Shown here one piece after another: positions 63,292 to 64,000 of a DNA stretch of 64,000 nt; the stretch's first letter is position 1; every line of letters starts with the position of its first letter. A program made the translations under genes and the position numbers. Under the pieces are notes generated by a model that had not been told where the DNA came from, did no database searches, and saw only the letters and a program-made list of their open reading frames with translations. The stretch is from Eledone cirrhosa (taxonomy: Eukaryota). Where the stretch lies: assembly GCA_964016885.1 (NCBI GenBank), contig OZ024766.1:8432001-8496000 (forward strand), read 5' to 3'.

Positions 63292-64000
63292 CATCATCAT
63301 CACCGTTTCACGTCCGTTCTTCCACGCTAGCATGGATTAGACGGGTTGTCCTGTTGTGGGCAGTGTCCAGTAGGCTGACCTTGTATTGCTCATACTGACC
63401 TTGTATTGCTCAAACTGATTCTGGCTTGATTTCTACAGCTGGATGCCCTTCCTAACACCAACCTCATTTACAGTGAGTGCTGGGTGCTTTTTTGCCGTGG
63501 CGCCTCCACGTCCACTTTGCAGTGTGGGCTGGGTGCTTTTTTGCCGTGGCGCCTCCACGTCCACTTTGCAGTGTGGGCTGGGTGCTTTTTTGCCGTGGCG
63601 CCTCCACGTCCACTTTGCAGTGTGGGCTGGGTGCTTTTTTGCCGTGGCGCCTCCACGTCCACTTTGCAGTGTGGGCTGGGTGCTTTTTTGCCGTGGCGCC
63701 TCCACGTCCACTTTGCAGTGTGGGCTGGGTGCTTTTTTGCCGTGGCGCCTCCACGTCCACTTTGCAGTGTGGGCTGGGTGCTTTTTTGCCGTGGCGCCTC
63801 CACGTCCACTTTGCAGTGTGGGCTGGGTGCTTTTTTGCCGTGGCGCCTCCACGTCCACTTTGCAGTGTGGGCTGGGTGCTTTTTTGCCGTGGCGCCTCCA
63901 CGTCCACTTTGCAGTGTGGGCTGGGTGCTTTTTTGCCGTGGCACCTCCATGTCCACTTTACAGTGGGAGGGTATGGGGGCATATATATATTGTCTATATG
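63292..64000 (-). mobile_element. RTE LINE family A 3' UTR with the 49-bp module expanded to ~10 copies
   Basis: Matches 12117-12410; runs off the window edge. Confidence 0.88.

Overview
AT-rich, microsatellite-dense eukaryotic DNA, probably an octopod cephalopod (inferred from the SINE/RTE/MITE repertoire). The window holds most of one minus-strand gene, a TRIM37 ortholog (RING end, B-box, coiled coil, MATH/TRAF domain, long acidic/low-complexity tail). I traced it by hand as 21 phase-compatible GT-AG exons from 62336 down to the stop at 1333, about 1060 codons; the first RING exons lie beyond the right edge. The introns are mostly retroposons and tandem arrays: one apparently intact RTE-clade LINE with a PHD-like finger inside its RT, many truncated LINEs and tRNA-derived SINEs, a TTAA MITE, Helitron-like ends and a 19.7-kb 51-bp satellite. 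Main observations: (1) a family of long foldback elements carrying a minimal type-I hammerhead-ribozyme fold on each strand (six motifs, Penelope-like); (2) internal segments of several unrelated mobile elements have repeatedly expanded into tandem arrays; (3) a candidate 21-nt microexon and duplicated splice donors in TRIM37. Most long ORFs in the supplied track are repeat artefacts.
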